This document shows, piece after piece, positions 1-13,382 of a stretch of 32,000 bases of DNA; the first letter of the stretch is position 1; each line of letters begins with the position of its first letter. Source of the DNA: Horticoccus luteus (GTDB lineage Bacteria; Verrucomicrobiota; Verrucomicrobiia; Opitutales; Opitutaceae); assembly GCF_019464535.1 (NCBI RefSeq), contig NZ_CP080507.1:1770001-1802000 (forward strand). The letters run 5' to 3'. The position numbers and the translations under genes were made by a program. The notes under the pieces are model-generated. The model did no database searches and had not been told where the DNA came from. It saw only the letters and a program-made list of their open reading frames with translations.

Positions 1-154
1 CCGCGTCCTTCCACGCGATGGAGGCCGGGAGAGAATTCGCCCACTGCCAGTTTTGCTGGGCGAGCAACGGAAGCACGGCGAGCGCGAGCGGGACCAACCT
101 CGCGACGGAACGGAACGCGCAATAAAGGGCGCGCTGAACGGTGAGAAATTTCAT
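1..154 (-). CDS. N-terminal fragment of an exported protein (gene continues beyond the window start)
   Basis: Minus-strand ATG at 152-154 reads MKFLTVQRALYCAFRSVARLVPLALAVLPLLAQQNWQWANSLPASIAWKDA. This is a basic N-terminus followed by a hydrophobic core, as in a signal peptide. It is not in the ORF track because the window edge truncates it. The family cannot be recognised from 51 residues. Confidence 0.35.
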   Translation of the reverse strand, partial: MKFLTVQRALYCAFRSVARLVPLALAVLPLLAQQNWQWANSLPASIAWKDA

Positions 155-191
155 GACCCGCCGAGTCTAACGGCCTCGGGAGACCTGCGGA

Positions 192-209
192 ATACGTAGA
201 CGTGCGTAG
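192..209. promoter_or_regulatory. Candidate operator, site B (ATACGTA-GACG-TGCGTAG)
   Basis: Imperfect 7-4-7 palindrome in the lower-GC spacer between the regulator stop (259) and the ATG at 154. It matches the 5010-5027 palindrome at 14 of 18 positions, and both sites are followed by CC. Confidence 0.4.
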
Positions 210-258
210 CCTAATTCCACCATCGCGCGGCCGGGCGGTACGACGCGGCGCGACGGAA

Positions 259-1139
259 TCAGCGGGCGTCCGGCCGAAGAATTTCCAACGCAGCGACGGT
301 AGCGGCGGTGCGTGTTTCGCAGCCGAGTTTGCGGAAAATATTTTCCACGTGCTTGTGCACCGTGCGGACGTTGGCGCCCAGAATGGTTGCTACGTCGGGA
401 TTACTTTTCCCTTGGGCGATCCAATACAGAATCTCCGCCTCGCGGGGCGTCAGGCCGAGCGCAATCAGGGCCGGCGGGCCGAGAGTGGAGCGTTTCTCGT
501 CGAGCATGAGCAGCACGAGATCAGTGCGCCCGGTTTCCGCGAAACGACGGACATCAAGCGGGGACTCGGCGTCAGCCAGATTCGCCGGGAGAGCGCCGGC
601 GTCGCGGGCCGGGAAATGCTGGTGCAGGAGATTCTCCGCCCGGCGGGTCGAAAAGACGATGCGCCCGGCGGCATCCACGAGGAGGACGGCGCGATCGAGC
701 GACTGGCTCAACTCGTTCTCCGCTTCGATGCGCAGCGCGAGTTCGTCGGCGAGGGAGCGTTGCAACGCGCGGATTTGGAGATGGGCGGCGACACGCGCCA
801 GCACCTCTGGGGGATACACGGGTTTAGTGATGTAATCGACGGCGCCGGCCGAAAATGCGCGGACTTTTTCCGCGGCGTCGTGCAATGCAGTCATGAACAG
901 AACCGGCACCTCGCGGCACCGCTCATCGCGCTTCAAGATGGCGCAAAGCTCGAAGCCATTCACCTGTGGCATCAGCACATCGAGCAGGAAGAGATCAGGG
1001 GTGTTGTGCGCGAGCAGGGCGAGGGCGCTGGCCGCGCTTTCGGCGACGAGCACATCGTAACCGGCGTCGCTCAGGGCATCGAGCATGAGCGAGATGTTGG
1101 CCGGCGTGTCATCGACCACGAGGACCTTGGCGGGCGGGC

Positions 1140-1143
<4 letters not shown>
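259..1143 (-). CDS. Response regulator, REC + PAS-like middle region + LuxR/FixJ-type HTH
   Basis: N-terminal receiver (KVLVVDD...[16 protein letters not shown]...ITKP). Central segment resembles a PAS core ([22 protein letters not shown]). C-terminal LuxR_C HTH ([44 protein letters not shown]). Its ATG overlaps the kinase stop by 4 nt (ATGA, 1140-1143). Confidence 0.9.
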
Positions 1144-4958
<3,815 letters not shown>

Positions 4959-5009
4959 GGAGAATTACCCTGTTTGCGCGCGGAGGGGAGTCAACGTCCC
5001 GAGGTTGAC

Positions 5010-5027
5010 CTACGCAGATATGCGTAG
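5010..5027. promoter_or_regulatory. Candidate operator, site A (CTACGCA-GATA-TGCGTAG)
   Basis: Perfect 7-bp inverted arms with a 4-nt spacer. It lies 51 nt upstream of the kinase ATG (4958) and overlaps the LysR stop codon (5010-5012). Site B at 192-209 has the same architecture and nearly the same sequence. Confidence 0.45.
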
Positions 5028-5963
5028 CCGGCGGGTTCCTTTGGCGGAAGCCTGGGGCGTGTGGTCGCCCGCGGCGACGGCGAGAAAAGACGCGAGGGCG
5101 GGTTCGGCGGTGGCGTCTTCGCGCCAACCGAGCACGAGCCGGCTCTCAGGCGCGGGTCCTCCGAGGGCGTGGAAAACCACATCGGGCGGCAAGTGGCGTG
5201 CTTCGGACGGCGTCATGAAGGTGGCGCCAAGGCCGGCGCGCACGAGGCCGATGGCGTTGGTGCGCGGCCAGACTTCATCGGCGATTCGCGGAGTCACCCC
5301 GGCCCGGGTGAACGCGGCGAGGATGCGATCGTAGAAGCCCGCGTTGTGAGAGCGCGGAAAGAGTACAAACGGGGTGTCTGCGAGGGCCCGCAACCGCACG
5401 GTGGCGGCCGAAGCCAGCGGGTGGGAGGAAGGCAGCAGCACGCCGTTGCGCTCGTGCAGGAGCACGCGTGTGCGCAGGCCGGCGGTCGGCCCCGCGGGGT
5501 GGAAGAAACCGCAGTGCACCTCACCCGCCCGCAGCGCCGCGAGCTGGGCGGAGGTGGGCGATTCGTTGAGCTCGACGCGCACGCCCGGGAAGCGGCGGCC
5601 GAATTCGCGGAGGATGCCCGGCAGGACGGTAGCCATGGCGAGACCCGTGAACGCGACGCGAATATGGCCGGTCTGACCGGTCGCGAGCGCACGGAGCTCG
5701 GCGGGCAAAGCCGCGAGGCCGCGCAACAATGGCTCCATCCGCTCAAGGAGCAGGCGCCCGGCGGGCGTGACCTCCACGCCACGGCGCGTGCGGTTGAGCA
5801 GCGGGCAGCCGAGGGCGGCTTCGAGTTGCGCGATTGCCCGGCTGAGGGCGGGCTGAGCGACGGCGAGCGTTTCCGCGGCCTGACGAAAGTGGAGCTGGCG
5901 GGCGACCTCGCGAAAGTAAACGAGGTGGCGCAGCTCAAAGGGATACTGATACTCGCGCGGCAT
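5010..5963 (-). CDS. LysR-family transcriptional regulator
   Basis: N-terminal w[41 protein letters not shown] followed by an LTTR substrate-binding-like domain. I prefer the ATG at 5963 ([11 protein letters not shown]...) because the track start at 6029 would overlap the leuC start. Confidence 0.85.
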   Translation of the reverse strand: MPREYQYPFELRHLVYFREVARQLHFRQAAETLAVAQPALSRAIAQLEAALGCPLLNRTRRGVEVTPAGRLLLERMEPLLRGLAALPAELRALATGQTGHIRVAFTGLAMATVLPGILREFGRRFPGVRVELNESPTSAQLAALRAGEVHCGFFHPAGPTAGLRTRVLLHERNGVLLPSSHPLASAATVRLRALADTPFVLFPRSHNAGFYDRILAAFTRAGVTPRIADEVWPRTNAIGLVRAGLGATFMTPSEARHLPPDVVFHALGGPAPESRLVLGWREDATAEPALASFLAVAAGDHTPQASAKGTRRLRISA

Positions 5964-6027
5964 CACTGACACGCAAATAAGTATTTCCCGGCATGGCAAC
6001 GCTCTGGTAGGCTGCGCACCGTTTCTC

Positions 6028-7446
6028 ATGGCAAAATCCCTGTTTCAAAAAGTCTGGGCGGCGCACACGGTGCGCCAGCTGGCCAACGGCCAGACCCAGC
6101 TCCTCATCGGCACGCATCTGATTCACGAAGTCACGAGCCCGCAGGCGTTCGGGATGCTGCGCGATCTCGGGTTGAAGGTGGCGATGCCGCAACGGACCTT
6201 CGCCACGGTGGATCACATCGTGCCGACCGACCAGTTTGCGGAGCCGTTTGCCGATCCGCTGGCGGACGCGATGATCAAGGAATTGCGCAAAAATTGCGCG
6301 GAGTTTGGCATCACGTTTTTCGATCGTTCGACGGGCAAGCAAGGGATCGTCCACATCGTGGGCCCGGAGCAAGGCATCACCCAGCCGGGCACGACGATCG
6401 CGTGCGGCGATTCGCACACGAGCACGCACGGGGCATTTGGCGCGATCGCCTTTGGCATCGGCACCAGCCAGGTGCGCGATGTGCTCGCGACGCAGACGAT
6501 GGCGTTGAGTCCGTTGAAGGTGCGCCGGATCAACGTCACGGGAAAATTACGGCCGGGCGTGTATGCGAAGGACGTTATTCTCCACATCATCCGCACGCTG
6601 GGCGTGAACGGCGGCACGGGCTTTGCCTACGAATACGGCGGCGAGGTGTTTGACCGCTTCACGATGGAGGAGCGGATGACGGTCTGTAACATGTCGATCG
6701 AAGGCGGAGCGCGGGTGGGCTACGTGAATCCCGACGAGACGACATTCGCCTACTTGAAGGGCCGGCCCTACGCACCGAAAGCGGGGGCGTGGGATGAAGC
6801 GGTGGCGCGGTGGCGCGCGACGGCGAGCGACGCAGGTTGCGCGTATGACGATGTCGTCACGATCGACGCAGCCGAGATCGCGCCGACGGTGACGTGGGGC
6901 ATCAATCCCGGACAAGGCATTTCCATCGCGGAGAAGATTCCGGATCCGGCGGCGGCGCGGACAACCGACGAGAAGGCAAACATCGAGGAGGCGCTCGCCT
7001 ACATGAAGCTGCACCCCGGCGCGCCGATCAAAGGCACGAAGATCGACGTGGCGTTTCTCGGTTCCTGCACGAACGGGCGCTTGAGCGACTTCCAGGAAGT
7101 GGCGCGGTTTCTCAAAGGAAAACGCGTGGCGCCCGGCGTGAAGGCGATCGCGGTGCCGGGCTCGCAGGGCGTGGGTCTGCTCTGCGCAGAACTCGGCATC
7201 GATCGCGTGTTTCGCGATGCGGGATTTGAGTGGCGCGAGGCCGGTTGCTCGATGTGCCTCGCGATGAACCCGGACAAGTTGATTGGCGATCAGCTCTGTG
7301 CGAGCTCGTCGAATCGCAATTTCAAAGGCCGGCAAGGTTCGCCGACTGGCCGCACCCTGCTCATGAGTCCGCTCATGGTCGCCGCGGCCGCCGTGACCGG
7401 CGCGGTGGCGGATGCGCGCGAAGTGTTCGGTGTGGAGGCTAACTAA
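6028..7446 (+). CDS. leuC: 3-isopropylmalate dehydratase large subunit
   Basis: [10 protein letters not shown]...[13 protein letters not shown]...[11 protein letters not shown]...[13 protein letters not shown]...GSCTNGR...[10 protein letters not shown] aligns closely with my memory of enterobacterial LeuC, including the Fe-S cysteine motifs. Confidence 0.97.
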   Translation: MAKSLFQKVWAAHTVRQLANGQTQLLIGTHLIHEVTSPQAFGMLRDLGLKVAMPQRTFATVDHIVPTDQFAEPFADPLADAMIKELRKNCAEFGITFFDRSTGKQGIVHIVGPEQGITQPGTTIACGDSHTSTHGAFGAIAFGIGTSQVRDVLATQTMALSPLKVRRINVTGKLRPGVYAKDVILHIIRTLGVNGGTGFAYEYGGEVFDRFTMEERMTVCNMSIEGGARVGYVNPDETTFAYLKGRPYAPKAGAWDEAVARWRATASDAGCAYDDVVTIDAAEIAPTVTWGINPGQGISIAEKIPDPAAARTTDEKANIEEALAYMKLHPGAPIKGTKIDVAFLGSCTNGRLSDFQEVARFLKGKRVAPGVKAIAVPGSQGVGLLCAELGIDRVFRDAGFEWREAGCSMCLAMNPDKLIGDQLCASSSNRNFKGRQGSPTGRTLLMSPLMVAAAAVTGAVADAREVFGVEAN

Positions 7447-7455
7447 GGAATCATC

Positions 7456-8058
7456 ATGGCTCTCGCAAAAATCACCCAAATCTCCGGTCGTGCGGTGCAC
7501 GTGCCGGGTAACGACATCGATACCGACCGGATCATCCCGGCGCGTTATCTTAAATGCATTACCTTCGACGGTCTCGCTGAAGGCCTCTTTGCCGACGTGC
7601 GCCACAGTCCGGATGGCCAACTGCAACCGCACCCGTTGAACGATCCGCGGTTCGCGGGGGCGACGATTCTGCTCTCCGGCGCGAATTTCGGTTGCGGCTC
7701 GTCGCGCGAACATGCGCCGCAGGCGATCGAGAAGTCGGGCTTCAAGGCGGTCGTGGCGGAGAATTTTGCCGAGATCTTCTTTGGCAATTCGACGACGATC
7801 GGCCTGGTTTGTGTCAACGCCAGCCGCGAAGACATCGCGAAGGTGTCAGCGGCGGTGGAAGCGCAGCCGGGCCTGGAGGTGACGATCGACTTGGTCGGTC
7901 GGGAGATCCGGTTCGGCGGCGACAAGGTGCCGTGCACGATCCGAGATTCCGCGCGCGACGCATTGATCAACGGCCGGTGGGACGCCATCGGCGAGCTGCT
8001 GGATGGCCTGCCGGCGGTCAAGGCCACGGCGGCACGACTGCCGTATCTCGCCGCGTAA
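7456..8058 (+). CDS. leuD: 3-isopropylmalate dehydratase small subunit
   Basis: Starts 9 nt after leuC, with AAGGAA upstream. Motifs DIDTDRIIPARYL and GANFGCGSSREHAPQAI are typical of LeuD. Confidence 0.95.
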   Translation: MALAKITQISGRAVHVPGNDIDTDRIIPARYLKCITFDGLAEGLFADVRHSPDGQLQPHPLNDPRFAGATILLSGANFGCGSSREHAPQAIEKSGFKAVVAENFAEIFFGNSTTIGLVCVNASREDIAKVSAAVEAQPGLEVTIDLVGREIRFGGDKVPCTIRDSARDALINGRWDAIGELLDGLPAVKATAARLPYLAA

Positions 8059-8084
8059 CGAAATTCCGTTCTCGACGTCCTCAA

Positions 8085-8117
8085 GGCAGTCCGGCACCGG
8101 ACTGCCTTTCCTTTTTT
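8085..8117 (+). terminator. Rho-independent terminator after leuD
   Basis: Stem GGCAGTCC / GGACTGCC (8085-8092 / 8099-8106), loop GGCACC, then TTTCCTTTTTT. Confidence 0.65.
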
Positions 8118-8166
8118 CTGAACATTTGCTGGGCTTCAACGTCCCACTCTCCACAATTTTACCTCC

Positions 8167-8781
8167 ATGGTTTTGGCCATCATCGATTGGGCTCGTGTCG
8201 TTAAAGAAGCCGGCTTGCTGGCTTACCCGCTGCTCGGATGCTCCGTCGTCGCGGTGTTTATCATCTTCGAGCGGGCGTTCGCGCTGCGCAATTCGGAGGT
8301 GATGCCGGACGATCTGACCGACGCCGTGCTGCAAGGGAAAATGATCGCGGGCGGCAATCATTCCGCGCTGGGTCGCGTGATTGATTTCGTGGAGCGGCAC
8401 CCGGGCGACGCCGAGGGGGCGAAGGCTTACGCCCGATTGGAAATCATGAAGATGGAGCGGGGTGTAAGCTACCTCGACACGATTTACGTAGGCGCGCCAT
8501 TGCTCGGTTTGATCGGCACGGTGTCGGGTTTGTTGACGGCGTTTAACGTCATCGATCCGGACACGCGCATGCCCGACCCGGTGCGATTTACCGAGAGTGT
8601 TGGCTACGCCCTGTCGGCAACGTTGCTGGGGCTGTGCGTGGCTGTCCTCGCCCTGGTCGGCAACGGGTTTCTGCAGCGGCTGGTCGACAAGCATGCCGCG
8701 AAGCTGGACGTGTTGCTGGAGCGCGTGATCTCGCGCCACGGCAAGGTTTCGGCCGCCCCGGCGAGCGTGGAATCGCGATGA
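8167..8781 (+). CDS. MotA/TolQ/ExbB-family proton channel protein
   Basis: Three predicted TM segments and the family motif GAPLLGLIGTVSGLLTAF. Its stop overlaps the next gene's ATG (ATGA at 8778-8781). Confidence 0.85.
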   Translation: MVLAIIDWARVVKEAGLLAYPLLGCSVVAVFIIFERAFALRNSEVMPDDLTDAVLQGKMIAGGNHSALGRVIDFVERHPGDAEGAKAYARLEIMKMERGVSYLDTIYVGAPLLGLIGTVSGLLTAFNVIDPDTRMPDPVRFTESVGYALSATLLGLCVAVLALVGNGFLQRLVDKHAAKLDVLLERVISRHGKVSAAPASVESR

Positions 8782-9176
8782 GTGGACTTCGCGTCAAGCG
8801 CCGGCGCCGCCCGGAGCTACCGTTGGTGCCGCTGATCGACGTGCTCGTGATGCTGGTGCTGTTTGCCTTCGTGACGATGCGTTTCACGTCGCAGCAGACG
8901 TTGAACATCACGCTGCCGAAGGTGGAGACGGCGGGCAAAAACGAGTTCAAGGGCACGGTGACCATCGGCATCGACAACAAGGGCGTGGTGTCCTTCAACG
9001 GCAAAGACGTGACGGATGATCAGTTGCTCGAGCTGCTGCGCGAAGTGCGCAAAGTGGACAAAGATATTCCGGTGCTGATCAGGGCGGACGAGACGACGCA
9101 GTTGAAGAAACTGGCGTTTGTCATGGATGCCTGCCGCAAGACGGGCTTGAACAAGTTCAGTCTGCAGAGCCGGTAG
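8778..9176 (+). CDS. ExbD/TolR-family biopolymer transport protein
   Basis: MSGLRVKRRRRPELPLVPLIDVLVMLVLFAFV is the typical N-terminal anchor of this family. I take the internal ATG at 8778; the 8634 start in the track would overlap the ExbB-like gene by 148 nt. Confidence 0.85.
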   Translation: MSGLRVKRRRRPELPLVPLIDVLVMLVLFAFVTMRFTSQQTLNITLPKVETAGKNEFKGTVTIGIDNKGVVSFNGKDVTDDQLLELLREVRKVDKDIPVLIRADETTQLKKLAFVMDACRKTGLNKFSLQSR

Positions 9177-9329
9177 TGCGCGCCGGCGGCGGCTTGCAAT
9201 TGGGCGACGGACCGCGGTCGGAAACGAGACGCTGATGCGTTCCGCTGCGGATGGTCGGACGAACGTTCCCGAAGGGCGGCAGCGGGGGCGCGGCTTGACG
9301 GCCGGGCGAATGCGGCGTGCGGTGGGGCG

Positions 9330-10016
9330 ATGAAAATTGTTCTCACCGGTGTCACGCGTGGTCTGGGTCGGGCGTTGGCGGAAGAGTTTATTCGCGGCGG
9401 GCACACGGTGATCGGCTGCGGTCGCAGCGGGGAGGAGATTTTCGACCTGCGCATGACGCACCAGGCGCCGCACGATTTTTCGGTCGTGGATGTGGCGCTC
9501 GACAACAAAGTCGCACTTTGGGCGGCGAAGGTGCTGGAGCGGGACAGCGCGCCGGATCTGTTGATCAACAACGCCGGCGTGATGAACCAGCCGGCGCCGT
9601 TGTGGGAGGTCGGCGATCGCGAGTTCACGAAGGTGATTGATGTGAATGTGCGTGGTGTGGCGAACGTGATCCGGCATTTCGTGCCGGCGATGGTGGCGGC
9701 GAAACGGGGAGTGATCGTGAATCTGAGTTCAGGCTGGGGACGCAGCACGTCGGCGGGCGTGGCGCCTTATTGCGCGTCGAAATTTGCGATCGAAGGACTC
9801 ACGCAGGCGCTCGCAAAGGATCTGCCGGAGGGCATGGCCGCGGTGGCGTTGAATCCGGGCGTGATCGACACGGAAATGTTGCGGCTCTGCTGGGGCGACG
9901 ACGCAGGCCATCACGGCAAGGCGGATCCGTGGGCGAAAGTCGCGGCGCCGTTTTTCCTGCAACTGGGGGCGAAAGACAACGGGGAGTCGCTCAGCGTGCG
10001 CGAGTTCGAGGACTGA
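9330..10016 (+). CDS. Short-chain dehydrogenase/reductase (SDR) family oxidoreductase
   Basis: N-terminal Rossmann motif LTGVTRGLGRAL, NNAG motif (LINNAGVM) and catalytic YxxxK (YCASKFAIEG). Confidence 0.85.
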   Translation: MKIVLTGVTRGLGRALAEEFIRGGHTVIGCGRSGEEIFDLRMTHQAPHDFSVVDVALDNKVALWAAKVLERDSAPDLLINNAGVMNQPAPLWEVGDREFTKVIDVNVRGVANVIRHFVPAMVAAKRGVIVNLSSGWGRSTSAGVAPYCASKFAIEGLTQALAKDLPEGMAAVALNPGVIDTEMLRLCWGDDAGHHGKADPWAKVAAPFFLQLGAKDNGESLSVREFED

Positions 10017-10085
10017 GTCGGGCCGTTGGTTGAACCACGAATAGACACGAACGAAAACCTCGGCGGGCGCGGGGAGACGGGCGGG

Positions 10086-13000
10086 TTAATGAAAATCGTG
10101 CGAGGCTTGCTCCGGTAGCGCGGCTTCGCGGAGGGGTTCGATGCGTTCGGCTTTCACGTGGATGACGTGGGCCTCGTTTTGCAGGCGGCCGGTGATGCGC
10201 AGCGCCGCTTCTTGCGTGATGATGAGGCGGTCGCGTTCGAACGTGGGCGCGGCGACGATCGCGTTCGCGATGCCGGTCTCGTCTTCCAGACTGATGAACA
10301 CCACGCCCGAAGCCGTGCCGGGGCGCTGGCGGCAGATGACGGAGCCGGCGATCGTCACGCGTTCGCCGGTTTTGAAATTGGGCAGATCCGCGGCGCGGCA
10401 GACATCGGGCAGGCGCGCGCGGATGAGTGCCATCGGATGCCGGCCGGTGGTGAGGCCGGTGTGGTGGAAATCGGCGTGCAGGCGTTCCGTGAGTGTCATG
10501 GGCGCGAGCGGCGAATCCGCCGCGCCGGTGTCGGCGAAATATTTGAACAGCGCCTCGTCGTCGGACCACGCGGCCTCGACCTGCCACATCGCACCGCGCC
10601 GGTGGGTGGAGAAACTGTTGAGCGCGCCGGTGGCGGCGAGCGTGCGGCGGGCGGCGGGGGAGAAATCGGTGCGGCGAAGAAAATCGTCGAGAGAGGCGAA
10701 GGGTTTGACGCGCCGCGCGGCGAGCATGGCGGTGACGGCGGCTTCGGGCAGGCCTTTGACGTAGCGGAGGCCGAGCCGGATCGTGTGGGCGTCGAGGACA
10801 GTGCAAGACCAGTCGGAGTGTTGCACGCAGACGGGCAGGGCCTTGAGTTCGCGGCCGCCGCGTTTCGCATCCTGCAGGAGCGTGGCGGGCGAATAGAAGC
10901 CCATCGGCTGGTTGTTGAGGAGGCAGGCGTAGAACTCGGCGGTGCGATGGTTTTTCAACCACGTGCTGAAATACGCGAGCATGCCGAAGCCGATGGCGTG
11001 CGATTCGGGGAAGCCGTAAGCGGCGAAGGATTTCGCCGACTGGCAGACCTTGGCGACGACGGTTTCGTTGCGACCGGCCTGGCGCATCGCATCGGCGAGT
11101 TTTTGGAGTTCGCGGTCGAGCCGTTGCGGATTTTTGGTGAAGCCCATGGCGCGGCGGAGTTGCTCCGCCTGACCGCCGGTGAAGTGCGCGAGCGCGACGG
11201 ATAATTCCAGCATCTGCTCCTGAAACAGAATCACGCCTTTCGTGCGGCTGAGGATGGGTTTGACGAGGTCTTCCACGCTGGGGTCGATATAATCTTCCGG
11301 CTCGCGGCCATCGCGGCGGCGGATGAGCGGATGCACGAGCGAGCCGGTAATCGGGCCGGGGCGCACGATCGCGACCTGCATGGCGAGGTCGTAAAGGTTG
11401 CGCGGTTTGAAACGCGGCAGCGTGGCCATCTGCGCGCGGCTTTCGATTTGGAAGACGCCGACGGTATCGGCGGCGCGGATTTTTTCGTAGGTGAGCGGAT
11501 CGTCTTCCGGAATGTCGTCGAGGGCGTGCGGACCGTCGGCGCGGGTGGCGCAGAGCTCGATCGTTTCCTGCAAAACGGCCATCATGCCGAGGCCGAGGAG
11601 ATCGATTTTGACGATGCCGAGGTTTTCGCAGTCGTCCTTGTCCCACTGGCAGATGCTGCGGTCGGTCATCGTGGCGGGTTCGAGAGGGACGACGCGATCG
11701 AGCTGGCCCTGGCAAATCACCATGCCGCCGGAGTGCTGGCCGAGATGGCGGGGAAGCGCGCGGCTGAAGTAGTGATGCAACTGCGCGAGGGCGGCGGCGC
11801 GCGGGTGTTCCGCGGCGATGCCCGAGAGCGCGAGCTGCTCCTGGAGCTGGAGGGTTTGCGGAAAATCGCCGTTGGCGTAGAGACTGGAAAAGCGATCGAG
11901 CGCGTCGTCGCCGAAGCCGAGGACCTTGCCGACTTCGCGCACAATGCTGCGGCCGCGGTAGGTAATGACGTTGGCGGTCATCGCGGCGCCGCGGCGGCCG
12001 TAGCGGCGGTAGACTTCCTGGATGATGCGTTCGCGGCGGTCGCCGCTCGGGAGATCGAGATCGATGTCGGGCCACGAGGGGCGGCCGTCGGCGCCGACGC
12101 GGCTGTCGTTGAGAAAACGTTCGAAGAGCAGGCGGTGTTTCAGCGGGTTGACCGCGGTGATGCCAAGCAGGTAACAGACGGCGCTGTTGGCGGCGCTGCC
12201 GCGACCTTGCACGAGGATCTGGTGTTCGCGGGCCCAGCGGCAGATATCCCAGACGATGAGAAAATAGCCGGAGAAATTCAGGCGCGCGATGAGCTCGAGT
12301 TCCTTGTCGACCTGCCGGCGCAGGGCGTCCGGCAGCGGACCGCGAAGCCGCTGGGGCGCGGCGGCGAGGGTGAGAGCGCGCAGGTAGGCGTCCATCGATT
12401 CGCCATTCGGCGGCGCGAACGTGGGGAATTGATACCCGAGATTCTGGATGGTGAACGCGAGCCGCTGCTCGAGGTGAAGCGTGTTGGTGAGCGCGTCGGG
12501 GAGGTCGGAGAAAAGGGCGTGAAGTGTCGCAGGAGATTTCACGTGCCGCTCGGAGTTGACGGCGAGGCGCCGGCCGGCGGCGTCGAGGGTGGTGTGTTCG
12601 CGGAGACAGGTGAAGACGTCGGCGACGATGCGGTGCGCAGGCCGCGCGTAGTTCACGCCGCCGGTGGCGAGAAGCGGGAGGTGTGAAGCGGCGGCGAGGT
12701 CGCGGAGAAAGGCGACTTCGCGTTCTTCGCCGCGAACGCGGTGGCGTTGCACTTCGACGAAGAGACGGGCGCAGGCGGGATCGGAGTCGGCGCCGAAGAT
12801 GGCGGTGAGTTGGGCGAGGGCGGACGCCGCGGCGGAACCGCCGCCGGAGCGCCAGGCGCGGCGGACGGGACCCTCTTCATCGCCGGTGAGGGCGACGAGG
12901 CCGGCGGAGAAACGGGCGAGTTCGTCCCACGTGGCGAAACACGGGCGTTTGCGGTCGCGGGGCGAGGGCGCGGCGGACGAAGCGAAGGTTGGCTCGGCGT

Positions 13001-13382
13001 TCGGTGTGAGGCCGGACCGCGCGCGGAGCACATGGTCCACCACGGTGGGATCGCGTGCGGTGAGTTTCGCTTCGGTGATGAGCTGGCAGAGATTTTGATA
13101 GCCGGTGAGGTTGGTGGCGAGGAGCGGGACGACGGTGCCGTCTTCCATCGTGATTTCCGCGCCGACCCGGGGTTGAACGGGAAACGCGTTTTCCTGGGCG
13201 GCGGCGTAAAAGCGGGGCGCGCCATAGACGCCGTCGCGGTCGAGCAGTGCGACGGCGGGCAGGCCGGCATCGGAGGCGGCGCGATAAACGTCTTCGGGCA
13301 GGGAGCCGCCGCGCAAAAAGCTGAAGGCGCTGCGCGCGTGGAGTTCGGCGTAGGCGGGAGCGGAAGCGGCGCGGCTAGTCAT
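10086..13382 (-). CDS. dnaE2: Error-prone DNA polymerase III alpha-like subunit DnaE2 (ImuC)
   Basis: PHP-domain start YAELHARSAFSFLRGGSLPE and Pol III alpha core motifs throughout. It lies directly downstream of imuA-imuB. I use the ATG at 13382 (MTSRAASAPAYAELH), which overlaps the imuB stop by 8 nt. The 60 upstream codons in the track ORF lie inside imuB. Confidence 0.9.
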   Translation of the reverse strand: MTSRAASAPAYAELHARSAFSFLRGGSLPEDVYRAASDAGLPAVALLDRDGVYGAPRFYAAAQENAFPVQPRVGAEITMEDGTVVPLLATNLTGYQNLCQLITEAKLTARDPTVVDHVLRARSGLTPNAEPTFASSAAPSPRDRKRPCFATWDELARFSAGLVALTGDEEGPVRRAWRSGGGSAAASALAQLTAIFGADSDPACARLFVEVQRHRVRGEEREVAFLRDLAAASHLPLLATGGVNYARPAHRIVADVFTCLREHTTLDAAGRRLAVNSERHVKSPATLHALFSDLPDALTNTLHLEQRLAFTIQNLGYQFPTFAPPNGESMDAYLRALTLAAAPQRLRGPLPDALRRQVDKELELIARLNFSGYFLIVWDICRWAREHQILVQGRGSAANSAVCYLLGITAVNPLKHRLLFERFLNDSRVGADGRPSWPDIDLDLPSGDRRERIIQEVYRRYGRRGAAMTANVITYRGRSIVREVGKVLGFGDDALDRFSSLYANGDFPQTLQLQEQLALSGIAAEHPRAAALAQLHHYFSRALPRHLGQHSGGMVICQGQLDRVVPLEPATMTDRSICQWDKDDCENLGIVKIDLLGLGMMAVLQETIELCATRADGPHALDDIPEDDPLTYEKIRAADTVGVFQIESRAQMATLPRFKPRNLYDLAMQVAIVRPGPITGSLVHPLIRRRDGREPEDYIDPSVEDLVKPILSRTKGVILFQEQMLELSVALAHFTGGQAEQLRRAMGFTKNPQRLDRELQKLADAMRQAGRNETVVAKVCQSAKSFAAYGFPESHAIGFGMLAYFSTWLKNHRTAEFYACLLNNQPMGFYSPATLLQDAKRGGRELKALPVCVQHSDWSCTVLDAHTIRLGLRYVKGLPEAAVTAMLAARRVKPFASLDDFLRRTDFSPAARRTLAATGALNSFSTHRRGAMWQVEAAWSDDEALFKYFADTGAADSPLAPMTLTERLHADFHHTGLTTGRHPMALIRARLPDVCRAADLPNFKTGERVTIAGSVICRQRPGTASGVVFISLEDETGIANAIVAAPTFERDRLIITQEAALRITGRLQNEAHVIHVKAERIEPLREAALPEQASHDFH

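Noticed and set aside
4990-5009. Inverted repeat GTCAAC-N8-GTTGAC as a terminator for the LysR gene
   Set aside because: The stem is short and weak, and no T-tract follows on the minus strand. It may instead contribute TTGAC (-35-like) to the kinase promoter, but the spacing to any -10-like hexamer is poor. It is left uncalled.
8167-9176. ExbB/ExbD-like pair without an adjacent tonB or tolA
   Set aside because: Orphan ExbBD/TolQR pairs are common, and the partner may be encoded elsewhere. This is not evidence of anything unusual.
9991-12075. 694-aa Arg/Pro-rich ORF on the same strand as dnaE2, and similar alternate-frame ORFs (1145-1648, 2548-3528, 12653-13270, 13860-14606, 14724-15407, 25003-25746, 26966-27670, 27729-28652)
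   Set aside because: These are alternate frames of well-supported genes. Their composition (R/P/S/A runs) is typical of out-of-frame GC-rich translation.
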